Positions 7,750 through 16,899 of a DNA stretch of 32,000 nt are shown here, piece by piece. The number at the start of each line of letters is the position of its first letter. Within the stretch, counting starts at the first letter, position 1. Source of the DNA: Acaryochloris thomasi RCC1774 (GTDB taxonomy: Bacteria > Cyanobacteriota > Cyanobacteriia > Thermosynechococcales > Thermosynechococcaceae); NCBI RefSeq assembly GCF_003231495.1, contig NZ_PQWO01000005.1:300001-332000 (forward strand), written 5' to 3'. Below the pieces are notes generated by a model, which searched no databases, had not been told where the DNA came from, and worked only from the letters and a program-made list of their open reading frames with translations. The translations under genes and the position numbers were made by a program.

Positions 7750-9411
7750 TTATACGAAACGCACAGCGCTGCTATTGAGCGAGAAGTCGTCGCCCTGGAC
7801 TACAGCCACCAGCTCTCTATTACCAACCTCATTGATAATGAGAGTCCCATTCGCTGGGAGTCCGCTAAAGGAATTAGAATTACCCAGAGAGTAATTGCTG
7901 GCTCTTCCATTCAGCTGGAGGATATCGCCTTGAGCGATGGAAAAGTCCTTGACCTCAGCATAATCGGGTCCACTGCCGTCGGTATAGAAAACCGTGCGGC
8001 GATTGCCCAAGGCAAAGATGTCCGCTCCACTACCGCCTCGCAGCGTATCGACTTCCCCTGCCCCAGGTTGACTCGCATTGGGATTAACGCCGATCAGGAA
8101 ATCATTGCCGGAATTGCCGAAGAGTTGGTCACTCTGGGCGCCACCGACTAAAGTGTCGCGGCCCCGATTCCCAATGAGCTGATCCCGGCCTTGGTCGCCT
8201 CTCAGCAAATCATTCCCTAAGCGTCCTCGCAGCTGGTCATTGCCGGCCCCACCTCTGAGCTGGTCGCGCCCGTCGCCCCCCAAAAGCGTGTCGTTGCCAG
8301 CCTCACCCAGTACGGTATCGTTACCACGATTGCCGGTCAGCAAATCATTGCCTCCGCGCCCAAGTAGCTCGTCGTTCCCTCCTAAGCCAAGGATGGTATC
8401 GCGGCCTGAGGTTCCTACGATGCGATTGTTGCCACCATTCCCTCTAATGACATCGGGAGACGGCGAAGGCGTTGGAGGCGTTGGTGTTGGGGTCGGTGGT
8501 GTTGGGGTCGGTGCTGGCGACCCTCCTAGAGGATCAACCGATCCTGTGCCGCTGCCGTAAATACTACGAACGCCATTGATATCATCTTGCAATAGAAAAG
8601 CCGTACCAGGACCGCTATAGCGATTCTGAATAGAGGGGTTCATAATCGCATTAACCCCTGATTCGTGACCGAGGCCCAAGCTGTGTCCCAGTTCATGCAC
8701 GGCTGTTTCTAGGAACAGGCTGGCATTCCAATTGTCGCCGTTGTCAAAGGTAATGTCTCCACCCTGCGGGAAGAAGGCGAAGGCAAGTGTGTTGCTCGGA
8801 CCATCAATAAAGTCACCTTGCACCCGAATATCAACGGCATTACCGTTGCCGGGGTCTGTAATTTCTGTGAAGTTTAGGGGCGCGACCTCCGACCAGACTT
8901 CCAGGGCTTCTTCAAATAAATCTTTAGCGGCATTGCTGCTCACGCCATTGAAGTTGTTAAAGCTATTGGCAAAGGAGTAGCTGATGTTGACGGCAGACCC
9001 GCTGCCATTGGGCTGGTTCCATTTAGATCCCCCAGCATTGAAGTTGGCGCTAGGGATGCCACCATTGTTGACCGCGTCTATGGCTCCACAGCATTGCGCA
9101 CAGCTACAGGCATTGAGGTGAAGGCTAGGCGTCTGAGTATTTGGTGTTTGAGTATTTAATGCCTCTAGGCCTTTGAATGAAAATGCATCCGACAGATCGA
9201 CCTGACTCACGTCGTTAAAAGTTGTCTCTACCGCTGCAAGGGAGCTAGATAGTGTATCTGACAGATCTGACGTATCAGATTCTTTAAAATCTATCGTTTC
9301 TAATTCTTGTAATACGTCAGATAAATCGATATTATTCGACCTTCTAAAAATTGATTCAATCGTCTCTGATGTTTGAGAAATTGATTCAAGTACAGAACTT
9401 TCTGAAATCAT
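7750..9411 (-). CDS. Secreted matrixin-type (M10) zinc metalloprotease with Pro/Thr linker and RTX calcium-binding repeats
   Basis: The zinc site AVHELGHSLGLGHE lies at 8662-8703. A PAPTPTPPTPTPTPPTPSPSP linker follows, then about 13 GGxGxD-type nonapeptide repeats and a C-terminal segment ending ...ELVAVVQGDDFSLNSSAVRFV. The first in-frame ATG is at 9411. The ORF-track start at 9498 is a TTG. Confidence 0.85.
   Translation of the reverse strand: MISESSVLESISQTSETIESIFRRSNNIDLSDVLQELETIDFKESDTSDLSDTLSSSLAAVETTFNDVSQVDLSDAFSFKGLEALNTQTPNTQTPSLHLNACSCAQCCGAIDAVNNGGIPSANFNAGGSKWNQPNGSGSAVNISYSFANSFNNFNGVSSNAAKDLFEEALEVWSEVAPLNFTEITDPGNGNAVDIRVQGDFIDGPSNTLAFAFFPQGGDITFDNGDNWNASLFLETAVHELGHSLGLGHESGVNAIMNPSIQNRYSGPGTAFLLQDDINGVRSIYGSGTGSVDPLGGSPAPTPTPPTPTPTPPTPSPSPDVIRGNGGNNRIVGTSGRDTILGLGGNDELLGRGGNDLLTGNRGNDTVLGEAGNDTLLGGDGRDQLRGGAGNDQLRGRLGNDLLRGDQGRDQLIGNRGRDTLVGGAQSDQLFGNSGNDFLIGVNPNASQPGAGEVDTLRGGSGADIFALGNRRTVFYTDGSGPDYAEVKDFSIAQGDILQLNGRASNYSLGNSNSFSGLPANGTLIINEVGNRELVAVVQGDDFSLNSSAVRFV
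8089..8442 (-). repeat. RTX (hemolysin-type Ca-binding) nonapeptide repeat block within the metalloprotease gene
   Basis: The block translates as GNGGNNRIVGTSGRDTILGLGGNDELLGRGGNDLLTGNRGNDTVLGEAGNDTLLGGDGRDQLRGGAGNDQLRG...GNSGNDFLIG. Confidence 0.85.
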
Positions 9412-9833
9412 ACCCTCATGTCCTAAGAACACCACAAAAAATCGCTTGCAATATCGAAGCGTCTTTGATGTCAACAAAAACCGCTTTGATGGTAACAAGC
9501 TATATCAGGAAACTGATACTGCCTCACAGCAACATAGGCAAGCACTAGATTTTGACTCTGTTGGCGCTCGCTAATGAGATGTTGTGGATCAGTATCACAA
9601 AAATGCCTTGCCTCTTAAATCCCCCAAGGATCTTAGGCATGGAGTTAGCGCGTTAAAATGAGCTTTCTAACTCCTGCAAAATAATAAAATAATAGTGTGA
9701 ATTTTCCGTGAGAGTATATTCACCGAAACGGGCTTTGTGGTGTCCTGATCTTCCCTTTTCTGACTCTGTTGATAGACGGGGTGATAGGGTATCAGTCTGC
9801 CGATTTTCACTGAGGATAGAGGACTTCATTTCT

Positions 9834-10376
9834 CTAGCCTAGCTGCCGTATCCAGGATTTTCCTGCATCCCGTCGGATGCTGTCGATCTCGAACCCGAAG
9901 GCGCGCCACTCGGCCTCGGATTTCAGTACGCGAAAGCGAGCAAAGGAGACGGCGGCCTGTCCGTTTACGGTTCGCACCACTGAGTTGGGGTTGTCAATCT
10001 GTCCTCCTAATGCTTCAAAGGCTTCTTCTGGGGTGATCCAAGGTGCTTTTGGGGAGGTGGGAATAGACTGCTCTAGTGCCGATAGGCGATCGCTCAGTCC
10101 GGCCATCACTTGACCCGGTTTGACTGAATTGTTGGCCCGTGTCTCTTGATAGCCTTGGAATTTTTCTTTCAACCAAGCGATGCTCAGCCGCACGACTCGC
10201 TGCACAATTCGCCAACAGAGCTGCACAATGTGGGCAACGCCTGTTTTCGGGGGTGGGGGTGGTGTCGTTCGCGATCTCATCGGTGCACTGGACCAGCCAC
10301 ACTCGGCGCAGACCTGGCGACCCGTTTTGAGTGGAGGCCCCAGGCGACTGGAGCAGCGGGGACAGCTTTCAAGCAT
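9834..10376 (-). CDS. Hypothetical protein with N-terminal zinc-ribbon (CPRC...CAEC)
   Basis: The 180-aa ORF has an ATG start. Its N-terminus MLESCPRCSSRLGPPLKTGRQVCAECGW forms a CxxC-x14-CxxC ribbon, followed by a Pro-rich linker. Several overlapping ORFs in other frames lower confidence. Confidence 0.5.
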   Translation of the reverse strand: MLESCPRCSSRLGPPLKTGRQVCAECGWSSAPMRSRTTPPPPPKTGVAHIVQLCWRIVQRVVRLSIAWLKEKFQGYQETRANNSVKPGQVMAGLSDRLSALEQSIPTSPKAPWITPEEAFEALGGQIDNPNSVVRTVNGQAAVSFARFRVLKSEAEWRAFGFEIDSIRRDAGKSWIRQLG

Positions 10377-10419
10377 GATTGATGTTCCAGTAAGAGAGCC
10401 GAGTCAGCAAGGGGGCGCG

Positions 10420-10866
10420 TCAGTCAGCCTCGGGACAAGGGCCTAGGTCTAGCAAAAATTCTAGGGGTAAGCCGTCCGTGTCGGCAATGAATGTGACCTC
10501 ATAGTTGCGATCGCAAATCGTTTGACGGCAGGGCGGCAACAGCACCTGCAGATCTATCTCTTGGTTATGCATTTGCTGTGTGAGCTGCGTGAGCCAAGTT
10601 GTGAGATCGCCGGTCGACCTGAGTGCCTCTGTGAGATCGAAACTGAGATGATAATATCCAACATAATGGGGATCATTAAAGGCATCTGGGGGCGGGTGAG
10701 GTTGAGGGATTTGAATCAGCTCCAGACGTCCCGCAGTGCCCTGCAGCCAGCAAGCCAAAGTGTACCCAGTCGTAAACCGTTCTTGAACTTCAAATCCAAG
10801 AACTTGATAAAACGTAATGGCTCTGTGAATATCAGCAGTACGGATAGACGTGTGATGGCCCTGCAT
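10420..10866 (-). CDS. VOC (glyoxalase/bleomycin-resistance/dioxygenase) family protein
   Basis: The motif HHTSIRTADIHRAITFYQVLGFEV is typical of the first beta-alpha-beta-beta-beta module of the VOC fold. The ATG at 10866 avoids overlap with the upstream gene, which stops at 10874. The ORF-track start at 10926 is probably too long. Confidence 0.7.
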   Translation of the reverse strand: MQGHHTSIRTADIHRAITFYQVLGFEVQERFTTGYTLACWLQGTAGRLELIQIPQPHPPPDAFNDPHYVGYYHLSFDLTEALRSTGDLTTWLTQLTQQMHNQEIDLQVLLPPCRQTICDRNYEVTFIADTDGLPLEFLLDLGPCPEAD

Positions 10867-10873
10867 AGGAGAG

Positions 10874-11386
10874 CTACGGCTCAAAAAAGCGTGAATAGGG
10901 TGAATGCACAGGTGCTCCAGGCTCATGCTCTAGATCGAAATTAATCACCTGCCACCGGTGCGCTGTCTCAGAATCAGGGCTAAACACCACCGGTAAACCA
11001 TAGAGACAAGGCTTCTGATCGTCACTCGGTCCTGACCAAGGCGTGGTTCGTTCTAAATACGCACTGATCAACTGTTGGTAACGATGGGCAATAATAACTC
11101 GGGTTGCTCGCTGTCCTTGGGCGTAGAGCCGGTCTAACGCTTCATGAATTTCAAACCGAATGCCATCAGGATGCGTATGTTGGCGGTACCACTTGTCCTC
11201 CCACTGCCGCCACTGCCGCCCAGACTGCAGGTGGATCAGCTCTTCTGTCTTTGGATCGGCTTCAAACGCACCGTGCCGGTGACAGAGATAGGTATCGGTT
11301 AAAGTCAGTGCAGCAATTGTCTGTCGGCAATGCGGACAGGAGACTTCTGGGCCAAAGATAGGATAGTGCAAGCTTGCCGAAGCCAT
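10874..11386 (-). CDS. Conserved hypothetical protein with N-terminal CxxC...CxxH zinc-ribbon-like motif
   Basis: The 170-aa ORF begins at an ATG at 11386 and contains SCPHCRQTIAALTLTDTYLCHRHGAFE. I do not recognise a named family with confidence. Confidence 0.6.
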   Translation of the reverse strand: MASASLHYPIFGPEVSCPHCRQTIAALTLTDTYLCHRHGAFEADPKTEELIHLQSGRQWRQWEDKWYRQHTHPDGIRFEIHEALDRLYAQGQRATRVIIAHRYQQLISAYLERTTPWSGPSDDQKPCLYGLPVVFSPDSETAHRWQVINFDLEHEPGAPVHSPYSRFFEP

Positions 11387-11534
11387 AGTGAAATAGGGCT
11401 AAAAATGCTGCCTTGCCCCCATTATAACCGTGTTGCTTGACCCTCAAGGCGAAAGTTGCTGCCTCCATTGGTCTTTACCTATAGACCATTGGCAGACGCT
11501 GGTCACTCAGAGAAGGTAGAAAATCCAGCACTTT

Positions 11535-12350
11535 TTAGTCCCAGAAAAGGCTGCTCTCTTGCTCAAGGCTGGCTAGCTTCGCGAGATTTCCAATGGGGAC
11601 AATGGATAGGTGCTCTTGACCAAGGCTGGCTTGGTGCTGTGCTACCTTTTGAGGCAAATCCTGAATAATCTGAGAGCACCGATACATAAAAGCGTGGGTC
11701 CACTGGCGAATGCAAAGATGATTGACAGGAGTGGCCAGAGCCTGAGTGTTACCGGTAAATGTAAATTCAGCCAAGTGGTTAACTTCAAAATTCTCGATCC
11801 AGGTGTACTTAGGTCGAGAGGCCTTCCAGTAGCTAGCAGTTAACTGGGGGCCCAGGAATTTGCTCACAGACTGGCTCAGACTGTTGAGCCTCTGCAGCAA
11901 TGCTTCAATAGTGCCAGTCGCATCAGCCGGCTGCGAAGGAGGCGCTTGAGTGACCTCAACATCTTGCTTGCGCTTCAGTTCACTCTCCTGCTCCACTGCT
12001 TTGAAGAAGTCAATGAACTGCTCCGTATTGTCTTCCGTTACAGACTGCCATTGCTGCACGCCCAACAACTTAATGCGTACATCGGGCTGTCGAGCCAGAA
12101 TAACAAAATTCACTTGAAGCTTGAGCGGGTAAGCGTAGGCGTAATACTCCATCACCTGAAATTCAAAAGCTGTCCGGCCACTGGCCGTGCTGTCAATGAT
12201 GTTGCCAATCAGGCAGGCTAAGGTCTGCTGCTGCTGTCCATTGAGATATTGATCCTTGGCACAGAAGTAGGGAACTGCATTTTGTTGAAGTAGGGCGACA
12301 CCGACAACACTGGTGAGCTTGAGCGCTTCTCTGATAATGTCTGAGTGCAT
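11535..12350 (-). CDS. Hypothetical protein
   Basis: The 271-aa ORF starts at an ATG at 12350. The sequence reads as globular, non-repetitive protein. No motif was recognised. Confidence 0.55.
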   Translation of the reverse strand: MHSDIIREALKLTSVVGVALLQQNAVPYFCAKDQYLNGQQQQTLACLIGNIIDSTASGRTAFEFQVMEYYAYAYPLKLQVNFVILARQPDVRIKLLGVQQWQSVTEDNTEQFIDFFKAVEQESELKRKQDVEVTQAPPSQPADATGTIEALLQRLNSLSQSVSKFLGPQLTASYWKASRPKYTWIENFEVNHLAEFTFTGNTQALATPVNHLCIRQWTHAFMYRCSQIIQDLPQKVAQHQASLGQEHLSIVPIGNLAKLASLEQESSLFWD

Positions 12351-12715
12351 GAATTGAAACAGCTACACATCTGAGTTGCAAGCCTAGTCAGAATATCGCG
12401 ATGGGAATGAACTGAAGTGCTCATAAGCAGGTCAAAGAGGAATCTAAAACTAAAATCCTGCAATTTTCCTTGAATTTTCTGGGCTTACCTGTACTAGGGT
12501 ACCCATCTAGTCCCGATTCAAGCCATAGCTGTTAGACGACGACTATCCTTGTATCGGCGTGAGTTCTACAACGGTGGCCAAAACTCATATGAAATTTTTA
12601 ATCTGATGCCGCAAATGTCTAATTGAAGAAGTTCCTTTCCGTTAATGAAAATGACGAATTACGAGAGCTGTCTAAGTCTCGTATGCTAGAGCCGTTGGCT
12701 GGTTGTGTTTAAGTG

Positions 12716-13258
12716 ATGTCAATTAATCCGTCGCCTCTCGATTCCCCCTGCTACTGGCCCGCACCGGATATCTCGCAGGCTGCGTTTGTGGCACCTAATG
12801 CAACGGTGATGGGAGAGGTTGAGATCGCATCCCAAGCCAGCATTTGGTACGGTGCCGTTCTGCGGGGCGATGTGGAACGGATCGCCATTGGCCGCTGCAC
12901 GAACATTCAAGATGGCGCGATTTGCCACGGCGATCCCGGACAGCCCACAATCATTGAAGACTACGTCACGGTGGGGCATCGAGCTGTGATTCATTCCGCT
13001 CATGTTGAAACAGGTTGCTTGATCGGCATTGGGGCAATTATTTTAAACGGCGTCCGTGTAGGAGCGGGCAGCATTATTGGGGCAGGGGCCGTGGTGTCTA
13101 AATCTGTGCCGCCTCGATCTCTTTGGGTGGGGGTGCCTGCCAAGCCCCTGCGAACCCTTGGCGAGCGCGAATCAGAAGAGTTAATAGAACATGCCCACCG
13201 CTATGAGCAATTGGCGCTAGTTCATAGTAATCGGGGCACAAATCTAGGATTTTGTTAG
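12716..13258 (+). CDS. Gamma-class carbonic anhydrase family / hexapeptide-repeat (LbH) protein
   Basis: The protein has left-handed beta-helix hexapeptide repeats and family motifs: FVAPNATVMGEVEI, IWYGAVLRGD, IQDGAICHGD, VTVGHRAVIH, IGIGAIILNGVRVG. A GTG at 12713 is an alternative start. Confidence 0.85.
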   Translation: MSINPSPLDSPCYWPAPDISQAAFVAPNATVMGEVEIASQASIWYGAVLRGDVERIAIGRCTNIQDGAICHGDPGQPTIIEDYVTVGHRAVIHSAHVETGCLIGIGAIILNGVRVGAGSIIGAGAVVSKSVPPRSLWVGVPAKPLRTLGERESEELIEHAHRYEQLALVHSNRGTNLGFC

Positions 13259-13548
13259 TCAGGATTGTTGAAGCAAGATGAATGCTGAAAACAGCGCTAT
13301 TTTGCTTTAGGGAGAGCAGTAATTTATTGATTTACCCACGATTTTGTTGAATTGAGTTTTTGTAAGGGCATGCTAAAGGCTAACGTTTTGTCTTCTGGTC
13401 TTGCGTTCTACCAAAAGTAGGGTAAAATCCCATAGCATAAATCGGCATGTATCGGCCCGCCACAGGCATCCCTACTTTTGTACTGATTTGCGGGACAGTT
13501 TGTGTAGCGACAAATCCATCTCAGTGGAATTAGAGGGGTAACTTTAAA

Positions 13549-14907
13549 ATGCAGGATCTATCAGGGCGCGTTGTCGCTGGATTGGCTGGCTCGCTGTTAG
13601 GCTTCTTATTTAGTTCGCAGCCTGCTACGGCCTTCACTTTCGAACAGACGGAGGTGAGTCAGGAAAAATTTGTTGCGATCGCAGTTCCCTTGACCCAGGG
13701 CAACAGCCATAACCTGTTGATTTTGGAACAGATCTCAGCCGAGAAAGAATGCTGGGAAGAAGATACAGCTCAGGGCGTTGTTGATCCACTGCTGCTCAAT
13801 TTTGACTTCACAGGCATTTGCGGTCGCAGCACCGATAGCAATGGCTATTCCATCCGCGTGGCCGGTCAAGATTTAGGGCTGGACTACAAGTTATCCGTTA
13901 AAAAACGGGGGGATGTTCTGGCCTTAGTGGGCTATTCCTATAAAGACTCACGGGCGCCGGAGCTAGAAATTGGACGCACAACCCAGTCTGGGTCTGGATT
14001 CCTTAAGATTGAGCTGGCTCCGGGATGGCGATTTGCTAAGCGGGCTTACGACGGCAAAACCCTTGGGCATGTCTATCTCACCCGTGATGCATTCCCCGAG
14101 ACCACTCATATTGCGGCTCAAGAAGTAGAGAAGGAGACCGCTAACGCGTCAGATGAGAAGTCTAAGCTGGCTGCTGTCGAATACGACCGGCCTAAGGATG
14201 CTCAGTCTGATGTCTCAGAGAAAGATGCGGAGAATATCGCCATCGAAGCGACAGGGAAGAAATCAAAAGAGCAGAACTCTTCTAAAGTTGCCCTTACGAA
14301 ACCCGTTAGCATCCCTGTGCCCACACCGGGGTTGCCTAAGAAAGCGGGCATTCCGCTTTCTCCTCCCAAGGTTCCCGGTCTCGCTGGCTCCAGCAGCTCT
14401 GCTGCTCGTCCTGCCCAGGCGTCGAAGACAGCCTCTCCCTTTACCACACCGATTCAAATTCCGGTGCCTCAGCCCCGTCAACTGGAGCCGCGTGCCCCTC
14501 GCCAGTATCAGCCTCCTGCACCTGCGTCGTCCGCTCAAGCTGGTCTCCCTCGCTTAACGGCTGGCGTCTTGCCAGTTCCCGGCGGTAAAATTCCCCTCGG
14601 GAATGCCCAGAGTCGGTCCAATGTCTATCAAGGGCAGTCACTCGCCAGCGTTATTCCGGCTGATGGCAGTCCTCCAGCTCCACCTATTCAAGTTGCGTGG
14701 GTGAGCCATCGCTATCGGGTGCTGGTTAACCCAGCGGACTCTACCCAGCACGGCGCGCTGAAGTCGCTGGTTCCTGATGCGTTTCGCGCCAGTTATCAGG
14801 GGAAATCAATGCTGCAGGTGGGCGCTTACAAGAGTCAAGGAGAGGCCGATAACATGGTTCAGTTCCTGTCTCAGAACGGCTTTGATGGTGTAATAGAGCA
14901 GCGCTAG
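13549..14907 (+). CDS. Secreted protein: cyanobacterial DUF3747-like N-terminal domain, Pro-rich linker, C-terminal SPOR-like domain
   Basis: The protein has a signal-peptide-like N-terminus (VVAGLAGSLLGFLFSSQPATA) and an N-domain with CWEE...FDFTGICGRSTDSNGYSIR. A long P/A/S-rich linker follows. The C-terminus YRVLVNP...MLQVGAYKSQGEADNMVQFLSQNGFDGVIE resembles a SPOR fold. A SD-like agagggg lies about 11 nt upstream of the ATG. The DUF3747 name is from memory. Confidence 0.7.
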   Translation: MQDLSGRVVAGLAGSLLGFLFSSQPATAFTFEQTEVSQEKFVAIAVPLTQGNSHNLLILEQISAEKECWEEDTAQGVVDPLLLNFDFTGICGRSTDSNGYSIRVAGQDLGLDYKLSVKKRGDVLALVGYSYKDSRAPELEIGRTTQSGSGFLKIELAPGWRFAKRAYDGKTLGHVYLTRDAFPETTHIAAQEVEKETANASDEKSKLAAVEYDRPKDAQSDVSEKDAENIAIEATGKKSKEQNSSKVALTKPVSIPVPTPGLPKKAGIPLSPPKVPGLAGSSSSAARPAQASKTASPFTTPIQIPVPQPRQLEPRAPRQYQPPAPASSAQAGLPRLTAGVLPVPGGKIPLGNAQSRSNVYQGQSLASVIPADGSPPAPPIQVAWVSHRYRVLVNPADSTQHGALKSLVPDAFRASYQGKSMLQVGAYKSQGEADNMVQFLSQNGFDGVIEQR

Positions 14908-15001
14908 CTTTATCGCAATTTTTGATAGATGAGGGGGGCAAAGTTCAGCCTGGAGTACATTTGCGCTGACCTTCGATTTGTCACTCTCAGCAGAGCGGTC
15001 G

Positions 15002-15811
15002 CTATGCCAACCAAGCTGATAGATCTCTATCTATAATCAATTCAAGGTGCTTGATTTCGGGTTCAAAAATCTTACGTAAGTAAGAGACTGATTCTTCCGA
15101 GATTTTCTTCGCATACGTTCGTTCGTGAACGATCTTTTGTGGCGGCACTGAGGCGGGAGAGATCTCTAGGAATTCATATATTTTCTGCAAAGTTTCTTGA
15201 TGCGATAATCGAAGATCTTCAGACAAAAATATCTTGATTTGGCTGTCCGGGAAAAATCGTTGAATCCTTCGTATTTGAGCAACGTAGAAACCTCGCTCTA
15301 TGTATGAAATGGTTCTATTCTGTTTTGGGCGAGCGCGTTCTCGTTCCGTCCGAATAGCCTCAAAAAAATCAAAGCTCTCTGACTCTCTCATGGTCGCCAT
15401 ATTCCAATGCGAGAAAGCTCGCTCAACTGGGTTCCTCAATATCAAGATTACTTTCAGTGCAGGATTATATTTGTACATCCTTTCAGGTGCTTTCTCGTAC
15501 CACATATATGAGGGGCTTGCTTCACCCACTATTTTTGTTTGCGGCGAAGGGACGAAGTATTTGTGGTAATGGCTATAGGCCGGCCCGAAGAGATGGTTCA
15601 ATCCTTCAAAATGCTGATCTTCGTAGAAAAAATGAGTCTCTTTGACGTTGGCTGGCATGCATACTGCAGGGTGCTGTCGTAGAAAGGAATCAAGAGCTGT
15701 GGTTCCACCTTTCTGGGTTCCGGCAATGACGAAGCCAACCATTGGCTTTTGTGCTCTGGCAGCTCTCACTTGTTTGAGTGCCTTGTTAGAAATCTTAGAA
15801 ATCAAATGCAT
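15002..15811 (-). CDS. Sulfotransferase family protein (PAPS-dependent)
   Basis: The 5'-PSB loop is GTQKGGTTAL and the 3'-PB motif is ILRNPVERAFSHW. The DNA is noticeably AT-richer than its neighbours. Confidence 0.8.
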   Translation of the reverse strand: MHLISKISNKALKQVRAARAQKPMVGFVIAGTQKGGTTALDSFLRQHPAVCMPANVKETHFFYEDQHFEGLNHLFGPAYSHYHKYFVPSPQTKIVGEASPSYMWYEKAPERMYKYNPALKVILILRNPVERAFSHWNMATMRESESFDFFEAIRTERERARPKQNRTISYIERGFYVAQIRRIQRFFPDSQIKIFLSEDLRLSHQETLQKIYEFLEISPASVPPQKIVHERTYAKKISEESVSYLRKIFEPEIKHLELIIDRDLSAWLA

Positions 15812-16086
15812 GATGCTCTCTCTGTTGCCCTAACCCCAGCCGTTAAGGATCTGCTCAAGGTGATGCACGACCAGCCACTGCAAACGGTGGCACAAGTCAG
15901 ACTTGATGAAAACGCCAGCATTGTGCCGTTTCTGGCATGAAACAATTGTAGTGGTGGTGTCGGCATCTGCGAAGTGTCTTGGGCGATGGCTGTTTATTAT
16001 TACTCGCGACAAGAGAGAGTCGCATTTGCGATCGCAAATCAGTTATTCTCTATAGCATCGAGCAGTTGCCCAAAGGGTGTCGGGAC

Positions 16087-16899
16087 ATGGATGAGCTGAG
16101 ATCGGCTCTTGAGCTAGCGACCGAAGACGAGCTTCAAGATCTGACCACAATTCTCTTTCAGCGCAAATTCAACCCCCTCGACTATCTCAACGGGGTCAGC
16201 GCCGATACGGTTCAGTGCAGCGATCGCCACGGCTGGCTGATGGCCATCGAACAGCGGTTCCGCTTCCTCGCCGCAGACGGTATCACCGTCCTTAAGGGAC
16301 AAACTGAGTTTGTGACCTATCGACAGGTTCTGGTGCAGGTGTGTCGTTACCTGAAGCTCCGCTATTCCCCCACTTGGCAAACCACAGAATTAGAATCAGA
16401 AATCTTTTTACACCTCGTGCGTCGCACCTGGAAACAGCTTCCCCAGTCAGAACGTCAGGGCTTAGTGCGTAGAATCCGTGAGGCTCTTTCTGCCTCTGCC
16501 ACCGAGCCACTTCCCCTCAACTGCCACGACGACTCCCTGCGGCTATTTTTAGAAGGCGGGAGCGCCCTAGCCCTTAGCTCTATCGTCAGGCCGCTGCTTC
16601 TGCAGCAGGTCGCCCGTCAATTTGCGGCTCATTTCGCCACTTATCAGGCCGGTCGAACTGCCGCGACTCTCCAAGGACAGATGGTACTGCAGGCCGCCAA
16701 GAAGGGAATGGCGCTTAATGCCGCACGATATGGTGCACTTCGGGGTGCTTGTGCGGTCATTGGATCGGCTCTCTGGGCCGGTTTTGCTGTTGATTTAGGA
16801 TGGCGGACAATCTCAACGAACTACAGTCGCGTGATTCCGATTGTTTTTACCCTGGCTCAAATTCGCCTAATTCGTGGTGGAGCTTGGCAGCTTGCTTAA
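16087..16899 (+). CDS. YaaW/UPF0174-like protein (DUF3944-type N-terminus)
   Basis: The most plausible start is the ATG at 16087 (MDELRSALELATEDELQDLTTILF). The middle segment YRQVLVQVCRYLKL...ELESEIFLHLVRRTWKQLPQSERQ and the hydrophobic C-terminus resemble E. coli YaaW as I recall it. This family call has moderate confidence. Confidence 0.55.
   Translation: MDELRSALELATEDELQDLTTILFQRKFNPLDYLNGVSADTVQCSDRHGWLMAIEQRFRFLAADGITVLKGQTEFVTYRQVLVQVCRYLKLRYSPTWQTTELESEIFLHLVRRTWKQLPQSERQGLVRRIREALSASATEPLPLNCHDDSLRLFLEGGSALALSSIVRPLLLQQVARQFAAHFATYQAGRTAATLQGQMVLQAAKKGMALNAARYGALRGACAVIGSALWAGFAVDLGWRTISTNYSRVIPIVFTLAQIRLIRGGAWQLA

Noticed and set aside
8240-8560. A 106-aa Pro-rich ORF lies on the plus strand. 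Other long antisense or overlapping ORFs in the track include 2770..3042, 5088..5459, 5856..6437, 14153..14557, 23286..23540 and 24716..25204.
   Set aside because: Each is fully embedded in, or antisense to, an ORF with clear family motifs (RTX protease, nitroreductase, M50 protease, zwf, opcA). The translations are low-complexity (P/S/R/G-rich) and have no recognisable motifs. They are typical of frame shadows in GC-rich or repetitive coding DNA.
9877-10446. Four plus-strand ORFs (63-88 aa) overlap the 180-aa minus-strand gene.
   Set aside because: The region is GC-rich and stop-poor in several frames. Only the minus-strand frame has an ATG start, a zinc-ribbon motif and the longest continuous ORF. 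Even that call is only moderate confidence.
12193-12463. Two ORFs of 62 and 81 aa lie on the minus strand near the 5' end of gene 11535..12350.
   Set aside because: They overlap the start of the 271-aa gene or its promoter region in other frames, and they have no motifs or start-site signals.
16874-16899. A 26-nt overlap between the YaaW-like and NnrU-like ORFs might indicate a frameshifted fusion gene.
   Set aside because: The two ORFs are in different frames and belong to unrelated families, each complete on its own. The overlap depends on an uncertain GTG start, and a TTG at 16892 would reduce it to 8 nt.
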